DNA of 64,000 bases from the NCBI GenBank assembly GCA_002633005.1, contig NMRA01001047.1:1-64000 (forward strand), given 5' to 3'. Positions 30,101-45,100 of the stretch are shown here, one piece after another. Origin of the DNA: Phoronis australis. Taxonomy: Eukaryota; Animalia; Phoronida. Made by a program: the position numbers and the translations under genes. Position 1 is the stretch's first letter, and the number at the start of each line of letters is the position of its first letter. The notes beneath the pieces are model-generated. The model worked only from the letters and a program-made list of their open reading frames with translations, was not told the origin of the DNA and searched no databases.

Positions 30101-33100
30101 CTCCACCAGATCAAATTAATGGCCCACTAGCGCCACCTGATGACCTCCAAGCTTAAACCACAAAAGCACAACAACTGATAGTTCACGATATAGAAAGCTT
30201 TTCCTACCTTGCCACTAACAGATTGTATATCGCCTTCTGCCACAATGTCCTGTATGACTAATGTGTTGCCCTTGATGCAAGTACTTTTGTAGTTCAACTC
30301 CAGGCCACTACAAAGGACACACGTCAAGAACTAGTCATTTACTAGCTACAGCGTAACACAAAAATCAGTGAAAAGTAATCTGTACTCAGAATACATGATG
30401 ACAAACGGAATGAAACAGGAAAGAGATTTCACCATAGTGGCAGATACATTTGTTCTGCAGAGTTTCATATTAGTCGAACAAAGCCCATGTGTTTGAGAAA
30501 CCATAAAATGTTAACAGAAGAAATCTTACCTGGTCTCCAAACTAGGTTTCAGCGCACTCGTTGGCTTGGTGGGGTTGCCAAATTCATCTTGCACCTCCAG
30601 TGGAATGTTGAATGGCGTGCCCACGCGGAACGGTCCATCTAGCAAGCCTACTGTGAACTTATTGGGCTCGCCCTCTGAAATGATTTGAAGCATGCCACCA
30701 TTTTTAACATAGCCACAGAATCATTTAAGTCAAGAATCTTGCAACGCTTTGCAATGCAATCGATTTAAACTGGTCTTTCCACTCTTCTTTTACAATTTCA
30801 GACAAAGACATTCAGAAGTGATCGGTGTAAAATGTTTTATTTCAATTCAGTAAAATTTAACTGTTGAAATAAACGTTTTTGAATGAATAAAGTTAAGATA
30901 ATGACAAAAAAGAGACAAAGAAAGAGGACGCTGGAAATCAAATAAGAGAAAATTGAAACAAAAAATAGGAAATACTCTAAAAAGAGGAAAATTCCAAGCC
31001 ATGAGTGATGCACAATCAGCAAGTAAAGGTAATGACACCGGGCATTGAAAGTTAAAAAAATCAAAGTGGTTAACCTATTGGTTATTGATTACATATTTTC
31101 ATTGATTAGCATTATCATACAGCATGTTAACATTCACTACACTAGCAAGCAACAAATAGTTTGCGAGTAGCACTTCAATTAACTTGAAAATTGGACAGCT
31201 GTGTTTTAGAAAAAGACCCATCACCTAACTCCTCTTTGCATTACACCATGCAATGCTTCACAATGCCCTTCATCTCTGGCTGACACTCACCGATGACCGT
31301 GAACTGTATTGAGTGCCTGGGCAGCTCCTTCTCTGCAAATCTGTTGGCCCCGCTCTCGTTCAGCACCACTTGTAGGATCAGGGTGTGATCGCCAAGGTTC
31401 TTCACATTTTCTGAAATGGGACACACGGAATTCCTTAATATCAAATGACTTTAATCATGCTTGAGCTCAACAAAAGACCTCTGCAATATCTTTTGTGCCT
31501 AAAACCATCAGATGAAGCTATGACTCTTTAAGTTTTGTCAAATGTAACCTAGAATCATTACAGCGTAATACACAAGAACAACGGAGGGCGTTGATGTGGG
31601 GCCCACCATGTGCATTGCAAATGACAAAGATACAAGAAGTGTTATTTTTTCCAACACCAGTGAAAATTGGCAAATGCAATCCTGGTAGATACTGAGGATG
31701 CTGTAAGGAAATCTAAAATGATCACAGCATCAGTTACGCTCATCAAATAATCAGCGCCAGCCACTTTTACCTAACAGAAACTCCTTTGCCAAGACGACTC
31801 TTCCAGGGAATTGAGAGACAGAGAGAAGAATACTAAAAATGATCAAATTGCTGCTAGGAGGAGCAGCACTATTCAAAAATGGACAAGAGCTATTTTCATC
31901 TAGATAAAATTTTATCTGCCAATGTACTGAGGCAAATGCACAAAGTAAAGCTCTTATTGACAGGAACACACCTATTAAATTCCACGACATTCTTTTAAAG
32001 GAGTTTGGTAGATATTGTCTGAGACAGATGTGAAACACAAAACAGTCACTAGGAAGAGCAGCAGTAGCTGGATTCGCCTGAAAGTCATCATCATTTAAAC
32101 ACTTCTCACCACTCAAATTTCACAGTCCATTGGTGGATATTGAAGCAAATGTGAAAAATAAAACTACCACTAGGGGGCAGGAATGACGGCATAATGCGCT
32201 CCTGTATAAATACGTGGATGCATAACAAATATGAAAGAAACATCCTCTCACTCAATTCTACTCATAAATTAAGCTGCTCAGATGTGATTTTAAACGTAAA
32301 ACCAGTTGTGCAACCCACATACTTAAATTCGTGACCCAGATTCGTGACCCACATTCGTGACCCATATTTGTTCCACTCGGGCTTCTACTTACCCATTTTC
32401 CTGAACCAGTATCCCCACGATTTTCCAAACTGGCTGATGTGTGAGACGAGCTCTTGGTCGCCCAAAGGATCTGGAAAACATTGTCGCATCCACCTTAGAA
32501 ATGATCACGTCAGAGAGAACGTAATACAAAAATCAGAGAAAAAGCTGTAGTAAATTCCACAAAAACATGTCAAGAAACATTTATTGTGAAATGTCTCATT
32601 TCATAACTCAGCGTATGGTTGAGCTGTAATCAGGGCTTGGAATAACCAGTGACAAAAATGAGGAAAAATAAATATCCTTCCTAAAATAAGCAGTCTTGTG
32701 TCATAGAAGTATATTTTGTGTCGTAAACTTTTACTGAAATAAACATTTTTGCATGAATAAAGTCAAAATAACAATAAAAAGATGAAAAAAGAGGAAACTG
32801 GAAATCAAAAAAGAGGATCAAAACCAAAAAGGAAGAAATCATATTAAGAGGAAAATTCTAAACCTTGGCATTCAAAACTCACTCGCGAACCTTTACCACA
32901 CAGGAATCCAACAAAATCAAATGACTACACTTTCAAGCCAATATTCACCACTATTATCGATCAAAGTTAAAAGCTCACCATGACAGATCAGTTTGAGTTC
33001 CACCAGTAACTTTCCTTGGCGTGACCCCGGCAGTTTACTTATTTCTTCACCTTTACGATTCAAAATGTTTACCTTTATTGCACCTGCAAAAGGTAATGAA

Positions 33101-36100
33101 ATGTATAGTTTAGGCCTTCACAATAATGAAATGTCAGTTCTTCTGAGGACCAGAATTGCTAACAGCTCCATAGCGACCAGAGGCTTAGTTGAATTTGTCC
33201 AGAGCAGGTGCTCTGTAGCTTAGCTTGCTGTTAATACAAGATGCACATTTAGGTTCATCATTGCACAATTTGACAATTTCACACCAGCATGACACTAGGC
33301 CCAACAGACAAGCTCAACATCAGCGCCCTCCTTTGGCCACTGCACAGACACAGTTAGAGTTCAGTCAAACTTTCCTCAAGTGCTCTCGCGATGAAATGTA
33401 GTCGTACTACATAATAATGTTGTTAAAGTGCATTTCACCTTGTAAAGCAGGCTAAAAAATGAAAAAGAATTTGGCCCTTTCCTCACGTAAAACAAGTCTC
33501 ATAACACTCCTTACCATGACAGGATTCTATTTGCGTTACCATGGAAACAGAATCCTATCATGGTAAGGCGTATTATGATATGGATTTCATGAGAGTAAAA
33601 CGCATAATTTGATTTTTGTTTTAAACCGGCTACAAAGGGTGAAATTCGGGTTTAATTTCCAATCACAGGCTTGTGACAGAATTGTATTCATCCCCATTGC
33701 AGCACCGTGTATGGCAGTCTTGACATGAATGAACATAATTTACTTGCTTGATTTCTTGTTTAATAAAATTAAGTGGGTACATGCTACTTCAGCAGAAACA
33801 AAAAAAAATTACCGCAAAACGAACATATCCTTTTATTCAGAGCACGTCATCACGAGTTTAATAGCCACTTTGCTAAACTGACCTAAGGTAAAGTTAGTGA
33901 AATCTTATTTTAAGGGCTGCAGCACAAATTATGGGAATTTGTTTAACATCCTAAAATGGAAAAAGATTTTTTAAGTTTTTAAGATTTCAAAATGTCTTCT
34001 TACATCAGGATGTCAAGTAAAAGTTTGTCACAGGTGAAACTCAACATAGCGGCATCATATTAGAGGGATGCAGTTCAACAGTGCAAGTCATGCAATGGAG
34101 GAAACACCTCCACATGAAAACTGTAAGAAGGAAGAAATTTCCTAAAAAGGAACTGCTTTTTATGTATTACAAAAAATATATCAAACTACAACGCTTGGTG
34201 TTCTCCACAACCTGTTTTGACTCGTCACTGTGTCGAGTTTGAATTTTGCTGTGTTGAGTTTGACTTACTTGCGTCGACTTAGAAAACCTGTGTGCACAAC
34301 GAGTACTGGGAGATAAATAATTTCTTAAATATACTAGTCCATTTTTGGCTTTTCGTAATAGGTCAATTCATTTATTCTACAACTTAATACACAAACTCCT
34401 CACAGTATGAACGTGGACTTTCGAACACTCACATGAAGTTTGTAATTCCAGTCGAGTTTATATTTTCTGTTGTGGGGAACACGTCAATAACTGTGATCAG
34501 AAATGACAGCACAGTCGTGTTATACAAAACAAAACAAATTAATCGTTACAACAGGGATGAAGAAACATAGACAAAGTTTCCAGATTCAGTCTATCCTTAA
34601 TTCATGTTTTCATAAAATGACCTTCAAAAATCTCTGAGAGTAGAACGAAACTAAAATAACTATTTAGCAGAAAGTTTCCAACACACATGAAACTGAAATG
34701 CAGATGTGAACTTCAGTAGCAACAGGTAAACAGGTACACAAACTACTGTGTTTATTCTCTTCAGCAGTGGGGGGTACTGAACCTGATATGATATCAACAA
34801 GTAGTACCTAACCTTTGTGACACAGAATAAGTGAGAGATAAAAGACATGACCTGTTCAAGATCAAGCAAACCAAGTAAGACTTAGAAGCTTTCTCTCACA
34901 AGTCGGAAAAAAGGAGTCTAGTTTATAAAGATGGGAGACAATGAATGCGAGACAACTTTAGTTGAAATTCCTGAGGCTGACGAAATAACAGAAGAGCTTT
35001 TGAGGAAAATGTTGGAAACTGTAAAAGGAAAAAGAGTTGTCATTGAGCACTTTCAAGTGACTCCTGCCACCAAGAAAGGTAACAGGCTTGCTCCACAAAA
35101 ATTTAATAACGGAAACATGAGCAAGACTGGTTGCACAAAATTTAGTTCTAATTGTTCACGATCACATTTCTGTGAGGAATGTGTCTGGTGAATTTTTGAT
35201 GCAATCGTTTAAAAGTCTTGATGAGGAAGTCTCAAACTATAAATTGAAAAACAGCTCTTAATCTGTAGTTGTTATGTTGTTTTACATTTATTGTGCAAAT
35301 GAAGTTGAATATTAACATTATGACTATAACACAGCACTACAAACATCGTTTTCAGGAGAGAACTACTCCAGTGTGCTAGTAAAGGTATCCATAACGTACA
35401 TGGCAGACAGCATCAAAGAGTTTGACAGTATCATCATCAAACTGCTTGAGAATGATAAAGACGCTCGTCAATGGTCTTTGAACATTACCAAGACATTCGC
35501 TAAAGAACTCTGCTTCTATAAATGCTACCTTCCAATGCTGATTCAGGCACAAAAGCGAAGGAACCTCGATACAATAACACTCCCCAACGTTCCACACGGT
35601 AAGGTCACTAGAGAAATAGGGATGATTGCTTTGGAAGACCTCAAAATGCATGGATACAGAACTGTCGCTACGACAAACAGCTTGGATGTTGAGCACTGCA
35701 AGAAAGTAATGACCGAGCTGGGAAAATTCCATGCCTTGTCTTATGTTGTTAAGGAGGAGCTTACAACGAAGCAGCACATGGGCAAATATTGGTACGTATA
35801 CCATGAAGCACTGTACCACAAGAAGTCAGAAGAGCGCTACCTGACTCTGTTTCAGGCATCCTTTAGAGCTGCACTGGCAACGGCAAAAATGAACATGACA
35901 GATACACGGACAAAAAAAAAGTTCGACAGACTTTACGACATAAATTTATACGATACTATAATTGAATTCATTCATCCGAGAGAGCCATATAGCGTTGTTT
36001 GCCACGGCGATTTATGGCAGGGTAACATTCTCTTTAAATACTGCCTTACTAACAACAACCTGCCATTGGACATCAAGCTCATCGATTTCCAAGAAATAAG

Positions 36101-39100
36101 ATTTGCCCCACTCACCATTGACCTAGTCACGTTTTTCTACATGAACACAAGCAGCCCAATGCGCCAGCGCCACCTACAGGAACTACTACGCGTCTACTAC
36201 AACATGTTTAGAACTACGCTACAAAACTTGGAGATAGAGGACAAACTCCAGTTTACCCTGTCAGAATTGGAACAAGAGTACAAGAACGATCGCTTGTGCG
36301 GGGCTCTAAAGGCGTGCGTGTTTTTGCCGATTATGTACGCTGGGGCGAACAGTCAAGTAGACATATTTGAAAGAGACAGTGATGAGTTGATGAGACAAAT
36401 ATCAACGTCATTACAAGCTAATCCACACATTATCAACAGGTTGCAAGATATAGTCATGGAGATAATGGAGTCGGTTAAAATACCCAGTGTACCAAAAACG
36501 TGAATGCTAAAATAGTCTCAACTTTGGCAGTTTAAGGTCATACAACACTTGCACTAAACTTCCAAGAACTGGGGTCCAATGCACCTGCCTTCCGGGAGTT
36601 TTGAGACCAATTTCAACATTTCAGTTTCTTAGGGTATGTGAAAACAATGGAATAGGGCAACATGAATTATATTGAAAATGAGGCAAATCAGGGTCTACTT
36701 TTATCAGAAAAAATAACCCCTGATTTCATATCTTAAGTTTGATTTCTTACTTTTTATCAAAAATGCACCCAAGGTGACACACAAATTACTCACTTAATTA
36801 GCTTAAGTGGTTCACACGATGCAAAACAAAACCTGGGGGGCAGCATGTTCTACTTATTTCACTGTGTTACAATCAATAAACACATAGGAAGCACACCATG
36901 AACTAGTCACACAGGAAAACTCTTAATGTTCAGTGTACCACAGCTGCGATTCAGCAACACACGTGCTCCAAGAACAATAAACCCAAATTGCATTGCAGTT
37001 TCCTCTAACACACTAATGGACGATAGTTGTTTCCCCTGACTAAAATGTTCATCGACTTTCAGTACACGTCATTTGCACGGTCTTTAGTATGTGCACGCCG
37101 AGTGTGCCAACACGCAGCTTGCGATTGCATGGCTATAAACTAATGATGCTTGTCAATCATCTCCATTAAAAACTACCACTGTATGACTGCAACACACAGT
37201 TTCTTCACCAAAATATTATCAATCCTTCATTGTTCATACAGAGCATCTCCTGGAAGTCTTTTTCAAAATCTCTCCACAATGTTTCAAGTAACAAACTAAC
37301 CGAACAAGTGATTGACATACGATCGAAAACCCAAACAAAGTCTCCGTCTAATTGAAAGCACAGTCTCCTTCCCTGGATTAATTTGCAGACACAATCACAC
37401 AAGAAGAGAATTCTTAACTTTCACACTCTGTCAATATGCTTTCAGACCCCAAAAACGTAATTGATGACAAAGATGGAGCAGACATGGTTATCACAACTTC
37501 AGGTTTGACAACAAACATATTGACCTCAGCAAAAGTCTATTCCTATCTTTAGACATTAGTTTGACGACCAACCTTTTAATAATAAGCTTTTAAGCACGAT
37601 CCTCGTGACAGAAACAGTCTCAACTAGCTGAAGGCAAAACGTGCGCAAATATCAACTTTCACAGAAACAAGATCCATAAAAACTAGTTGGAATGCCCATG
37701 TGAAGACAACAGTGAGCGGAGAACAACAACAAAAGATACCTACCAACGGTGAAACCTGCTGGCTTCTTTTGGTTATTTCTCACTTCTAAACCCTCTGGGA
37801 AGGTCACATCCAACTTGCTGGGCAATCTAAAATATCCAAGGAAAAAACTTTAGTTAAGATTGGTATCCAAGAAGTTCTAACAGTTATGACAAGTATTTGA
37901 TGTAGCCTCTCAACTGACAGATAAATTAAAGATCCACTGCCATAAATAGGATGCACAATGGCAATCTAGGGGATTTTGTCTGCGGTACTAGTGTTATTTT
38001 TCAAATGCATGGTGGGACAGTTGCCAGTTTGTAAAATACCTGTGACAACACAGTCATTGATAACTTATGGACGCGTAACTTGATTTGCAATTTGCATTTC
38101 ATGAGGTGAGATTTTGCTTCAGCGTGATCGAATGGCATAATTCTTTTGGTCTTACTTGGCCTCTTCCTCATCAATATACTTCTTGATTTGTGCCTGTGTT
38201 GTGTTCTGGTCCAGTTTGGTAAGAGGCAGGACACGCATGTTGTCGTGCAAGCTGATTGGCTCCTGTGAGATCTCGATCTCTCCGCCCGTGGCGTAAACAG
38301 CTCCGTCGTACTCCCCGTGAAGGAAGAATCGGTTGATGCGACCGTAAATGATAGGTACCAGACGGATTAGACGTACCTTCAAGAGAACACACAGACAAAT
38401 TGGTGTAAGATTAAGTCATGCACACACCCAGAAATTGCTTTCGCATTATATCCAGGTTCTCAATCACTTCCTTGCATACAATCACTAAGAAGAAGCTCAG
38501 AGGAGCAGGAGAAACATTTGTGCAATGCGTGATTGTGTGCCAGTGAACCCAGGATTTGAACCAGGTCCCCAAACGGGAGTCCCAAGCTCAAACCACAACA
38601 CCACACCGTGTCCAATAGTTCTTGCAATAGTGAAAACTATGCATCCTTTAAGTAAAATACTGGAAGCGTGACATCTGCAGAAAATGAAGAAATGCAAAAT
38701 TTCAAAGTATATCCATACCATAATGAAAACTTACTTCATCCATCCACATGCAGTAGACTTGAGAAATGACTATGAGAAGTGAAATGTGTTGCAATACGCT
38801 TAAAAAATTTTGTGTATGAGGAGCTTGTGGTGCTACATGCATTTTAAATATACACGACTGCCCAACCCCCCTATCATTATCTTCGTAACCTCCCTTACCA
38901 GCTGGCCAGCCTTGAACACCTTTCCGTCCCACTCCACCTGTTTAAACACACCCCAGGGTCCCTGCTTGGCCTTGGGTAGTTCCGGTCGGCTGATTGTACC
39001 CTGGAAGCCAGTGAAGCGGATCTGTTTGTCGCATTGTTCATGACACTCCTTCAACCAATTGATGAAGGAACTTTCCATGGCAGTCCTCTTGTCCTGCAAT

Positions 39101-42100
39101 TATTAAAGCAGCTTGCTTATTTAAAGGTTCTCACCACCAACTACAGATGGCACTGAGGTTGGTTATTGGAAGGTTCTCACCAACAACTACAGATGGCACT
39201 GAGGTTGGTTATTGGAAGGTTCTCACCAAGAACTACAGATGGCACTGAGGTTGGTTATTGGAAGGTTCTCACCAACAACTACAGGTGGCACTGAGGTTGG
39301 TTATTGAAAAGTTCTTACCAACAAATACAAGTGGCACTGAGCTTGGTTTCGAAGTTGTCCAGTATCAGTTTCGATCATTTATCAAAATTTTATAACTAGA
39401 CTTACAAGACTCAATCTCCTCTACAGATTTATAGTCTCTAAAATGATTGAAAAGGCGATATCTAAATTCATTTTTTTTAATTCTGATCTTAATTCTTCGT
39501 TTTATTGAATTACCTGGCCCATTACAGTGACACTGAAGGCTGTGTTCTTGTCCTTGAGCTTCAGTTCAAGGTCAGTGAAGGTCAACTTGTTGGTGGACAC
39601 TTGAAACTTGTCGTTGGAAAACAGGACACCAGAGATCCTAGATAAAGAGCGAGCACACATTAAACCCAGACACTGAGGAATTGGGCACGTAGAGATTATG
39701 AAGAAGTATTAAAATGAACGAGCAGATTAGTTGGATATGACAGGCAGCTGCTATAAACAGAAACATCTCCCTGAATATGAAGAATGATCATAATTGTATT
39801 ATTATCAAACACATTTCAATCTCAAGATGAAAGACTGTTGTATCAAATCTTTCTCGGAAGTTTTATGTAACAGTTCCAACTGAAGGCAAATTTTAAGAAA
39901 ATGGCCCGTGCTAAAGCCCCCATACCTGTTGAAACACTCTGCTGGAGGAAATCTAAGCTTCTTTGGTGGGCTGCACCAGTCAAACCTGCAAGGAGAAACA
40001 CAGAACAATCAAAGTTTCATATAAATACTCTACGCAGTTTTTCAAGTAGGTTGCATAACGCGTCTACTTAGGATTGTAAAAAGCAACAGAGCCACTCCAT
40101 AAGTTAATTGACACACGTCATGAACGGTCAGTGTTTAGCAACAACAAAAGTAAGACAGTAAAGAACCAAAAACAATTTAAATATACTAAAACAAGAGTTC
40201 ATATCTGCAGTATTCACTATTTTGTCTATATCAATTAAATTCTGAATCTGTTTATAACAGTGCAATTTCATTGCGACAGGCCCATAGTCTTCAGCTCAAG
40301 CTATAACATATGTAATGCCATCATTATTCAAGACTGGACAATACAGGGTGACCCAAAAATGTACTCTCACTTCAAATGACAACAACTGAGTTGCTCATTG
40401 ACATACAGGAACAAAAAAATTTAAAGAGATGATCAAAAAAGTATTCAAACCAAAATGCATTGTTAATAACTTGGGGAAAAGATTAATTGTCGTTTCACTT
40501 CCTTGATATTTTGAGTTTCCAATAAGAATGATAATAAATTATTAATCTCCAAAACCTAGTCACTTGTTTCCCATTCCTGTGCATACAGAGCATATGACAG
40601 CTCCCACGCCTATTGTCACAGTAAGGTGTAACCATGAAGTACGCTCGGATGTAGAGTCTGATCCATGGGAACTGAATTTTAACTCCTGGCGTTGTACTGA
40701 AGTGTGTGCGCACTTTTGGGACACCCTGTATTATTCAAGCGTGGTCACTATTATTCATTGAAAGCCTTTTGAGCCTATCTTGTTCCAAATTCCATAGAAA
40801 GCTCTTATAGCAACGTGGAAGATATCTTTTATTTTAACACAGTTAAGTCTACCACATTAGCTACATTGTCATGAGCGAACAGACAATTTAAAGTTTTCCA
40901 AGCTTGAAATTCAATGCTGAATACGGTGACTGGCCCAACAAGCTGTTGTCCAACTTCTGACAAGCCCGATTTCCCAAACTCATCGGCAGTCCTTTTTATA
41001 TCAAGCTGACCGATCAATGAATAGTAAGGAAACAAGGAAGTTGAAGCTTGGTGAACAGTATCCAATAGGGGGTTATACACTTCAGCTTCACAGAGCTTGG
41101 TCAAATTCAACTACAGTAAATGTCATAAGGACCACCTTAGATTTAGTCAAAACTGAACGCCAACTGTATTGTTTCAAAGAGACACCCATCAAGTACTCTC
41201 CAGCATAGTTCTATAGAAAGCGTGCTCTCTCTTAGATGGATGACGTATAGTACAATCACGCGTTCCAAGAAAAAGAAATAACCCGGTGGTAAATGTTGAT
41301 ACCTACTCTAGAATGGTGGTGTAGGGGATCAGTCGTCCATTCCAGTAACACTCAAAGATGGGCCGCTTGCCTCGAGCTGGAGGCACGTAGTCATCCTCGT
41401 CGTCATCGGGGTTATCAACTGAAAGACAAATATTGCAGGTCACCATGGTTACAGTAAACATTTGTATGACCCATTCACAATTATCAGCTTGAGATGAGAC
41501 TTCACACACTGTAGTGCCCATACAAGGTGTTATGTCAATATTCTGTTATTAGTTTCAAATTTTCCTTTGGCTTGCACTTTGACAGGGTTCCGAAGTATCT
41601 AGAATATTTCAACATATATGAGACGAAAATAGCAGTAGCGTACCACGCCCACGGTGTTGAAACTGTGAAACATTAAAATTGAAGGGATGGTGCTAAGCCA
41701 CGTGCAACAAAACGTGGGTATTCAAAAGTGAAACTGTTGAAAATTCCGTGGACAGCAATAAGCTGCATATTTGTGTTTAGCCAAACGTGATCATTAATTC
41801 AGTGTACAGCATAATATTCATAGCACATAACACAATACATCGCTGCACAATTATTACTTGTGCTTAGTTGGAGCCTCACAAAAAACTAACCTCTCACTTC
41901 ATAGTAATCCGGCGGATACGTTTCCTTGTCAAACAGAAATGGATGATAGCGAATAAGTCCTTCTACCATGCCTGCTCCCGCCACAGTGGCCTTGAACTCA
42001 AATGTTCTTGCAGCCGATTGGACGAAAAGAGACTGCATGTCGTCTGCCACATCGCGAAGATTGACTGTCTGGGGAGTTCTCTCCTTTTTCGTATGCATGG

Positions 42101-45100
42101 TGACCTGGAAAAAAATTACATAACTAGAGTTTTTAATCTCATTAATGATGTGAATGTCAAAACTGGGAAATACACAACTGGCAAGCATTCTGTAGAGGAG
42201 AGGACCTTGCGAAAACTCTAGATCATGCAAGACTTTATGATTTATCGCATGTATTCCAAGCGAAACATGCGATCACAGTAGCTTCCTTCATAACATTCTT
42301 GCATCTACAAAGTGAGCCCAAGTCACAATCAATGGCTGTATTCATCAAAGTATTTTCATGGTAGCAACGAAATGCCTCGTGAGTAAAATAAAGCACCACC
42401 ATGAACATGAATGTGGCTTTCATTTCTTTTTGAAATCTGAGAACAAGCTTCGAAACAAAATATTCCTTGAATATGAATTTCATTTTAAATACTGCAAATT
42501 CAACACCATCTACACTGATCTCTTACTACTCGGCATTTTCAGGCACCTAATGACTGACATATTGACTTCAAACATCTCAAAAATGGTCAGTCATTGGATT
42601 CAAAAATTAATATCTCCTAATTGCCATGCAATGGTAGCTATAAAAACGGACTGGTTAGAAAGATGTTTTTAAAATTCCCATACCCCACTTCTAACTTTGG
42701 TGTATCTTTAGAATTTAGTTTTTATATAAACGCAGGGTTTTAATTTCCATGAAAATTAATTGTTAAGATTAAGACATGTAGAGTATGTGTCAAGTCGAAT
42801 TTATAAACAAAACGAATGCAAGAGTGCAGGATGTAAACTCACCTCTATGGATATGTTGTTAAACCTCTTGTCATCGTCCGTTTTACTCAATGTGTTTCCA
42901 TTAGGACCGTGGATGTAGTAGTGATAAATGTGCCTACAAAACCGGACATTTTAATATGAGACTAACAGCCTGACTGTAGTCACTAGAGATCCAAGGAAAT
43001 GTTGGTTGTCAGCCACTCAAGTAGAACCATAAACCTTTGAACTTAACTCTGGTCCGACCACATTGTGCTTTACTTGAGTTAGTGTAATTCCGAAAATGGC
43101 ATCCTTGTAAGCTAAGGTAAACTAAATGATTTCGTCGATAAATATATGATTTCCAATAACATAGTTACAAAATTGCAGCTAAATGTAAAAATATCCTTTT
43201 ACTGAAATAACAGTACCTGTTCCAATGTCCTGTCGATTACTTTAATTTGTACTTTGTTTAACTATGGATGCCTTATTTAAAGATGCTATGACTCATTAAG
43301 TTGTGAATATGCATATGAAATAGTAGTTTACAAACAACCCTGGGTCTCCTGGTGTGCCGGAAATCATCCGAGAACCAGTTACCCTTACAATCTCACGGAA
43401 GTCTCGTTTTGTGTGACTATTTTTATGTAAATGAGTATTGTAATATGTTATACTAGTACACACAGTTCTCCAGAAGACACAAGCTGGCGCTTGCTACAAA
43501 TTTAAATATTCACGGTTAATTCATAAATTATAAGCGCACTAAACTTATGGTCTTGCTGGACTATACTGAACTACACACAATTTGCTTAATTCCTACTTCA
43601 GTGCACATATCTTTAATTTGAATTCCCGCAGAATATAGTCGACTATTGTTCACGACATGAAAATGGCTGCCAACAACTCTTTAACATATCACAAAAAAAT
43701 CACCCTTCATTACTATATTACAGTTACAGAAAAAACGCGAACTGATCAATCTTCAATGACTACTCCCTGAGTCAACGTGTCTACTTACGACAGTTGTCGT
43801 GTCCACTCCTTGAAACGTGTCTTCATATATGGCACGTGATCAGGGTTTAGACCTTGTATGACCACCACAGTGAAGCTCTGTCTCTTCTCCTCCTCTTTAA
43901 TAATCTTCTGCAGTTGCTCGTCCTCTGACGCAACATGTGAGCAATCGCCAACCTTGATAAACCAAAAGACAGAAAATTAGGCAACAGCTCACCATACTGC
44001 TTTGTAAAGGAATTTTCTGCGTCAGTACAGAACCCGAAATTAAAAAGTTTAGGTTGAATCTACTAATTGAGGGTGTGGACACTTTTGCATCAGAAATGGC
44101 GAAAATGAGGAGCACAACATTTGTCTGGACCATCACACAGGTGGAACTAGCTGTACTTCATATAAGAATACGCAAATTTCCATAATTTATAAATGGGTTT
44201 GGTAGATAGAGACACAAACTGCAATGAAAGCTACCGACACGCACGTACGCACACACACCTGTACACAACATACAAACTAGTTGTAGTTCATTTTGAAATA
44301 ACACTAGACAAAATTCAATAACTATCAAAATTTGCAAAAAGCATTCTCGCCCATTTGCCAACACATTTCTGATGTTTGGCATCAACTCGTACAATACCGC
44401 AAACGACTAGAACCAAAAAACAATTTGTAGGGCTGCGCAACTTCAGAAATTGCACGGACAATGCAACATTCTTGAAAGACTGAAATGGTACAGGAAGAAG
44501 AGTGCATTCTGGTTAAACGATGATAGGTAACATGAGCAAAATGCAACAGGGTGGTTTTCAACCAATTTACCTTTCTATTCCTAATGAATCCCTTGTAAAT
44601 AGACTCTTTGTTCTGCTCCTTCCTCTCAAATTCCTCCTTGGAAATCGACAGTTCGTGGACGTCATTAGAATCGGCAGTTTTCGTAATCATCTGCAACACA
44701 TAAAATTACATGGTCCGAAATCAAGAAAGAAACAAATCCAAGCTTAAGACAGTTCTGCATAACCCTGGCTTATTAACCTATTGTAATGTTCTTTACCAGA
44801 TTACACCTGGTGACCAACATGACAGAATACCAAATGCAAAACTCAACACATACAGTCGATATGGAACAAAAACATATCAAGTGTCGCTATCATTTTAAAT
44901 AGAGACCATATGCAAGTTAATTAAGGTTATGCAAGACCCTAGAAAAATGTCAAAATTTGGCTAACTTGGGAACATCGTCTCAGAACTGGCTAATAGCGTT
45001 CATATGAAACTTTCAGGCAATATGCTATATGCCCTGTTCCCCAAAACCCTACCAAGAATTGTTTTTCTTTTGAATTTTTAATTTTTGCAAACAAGACTTT

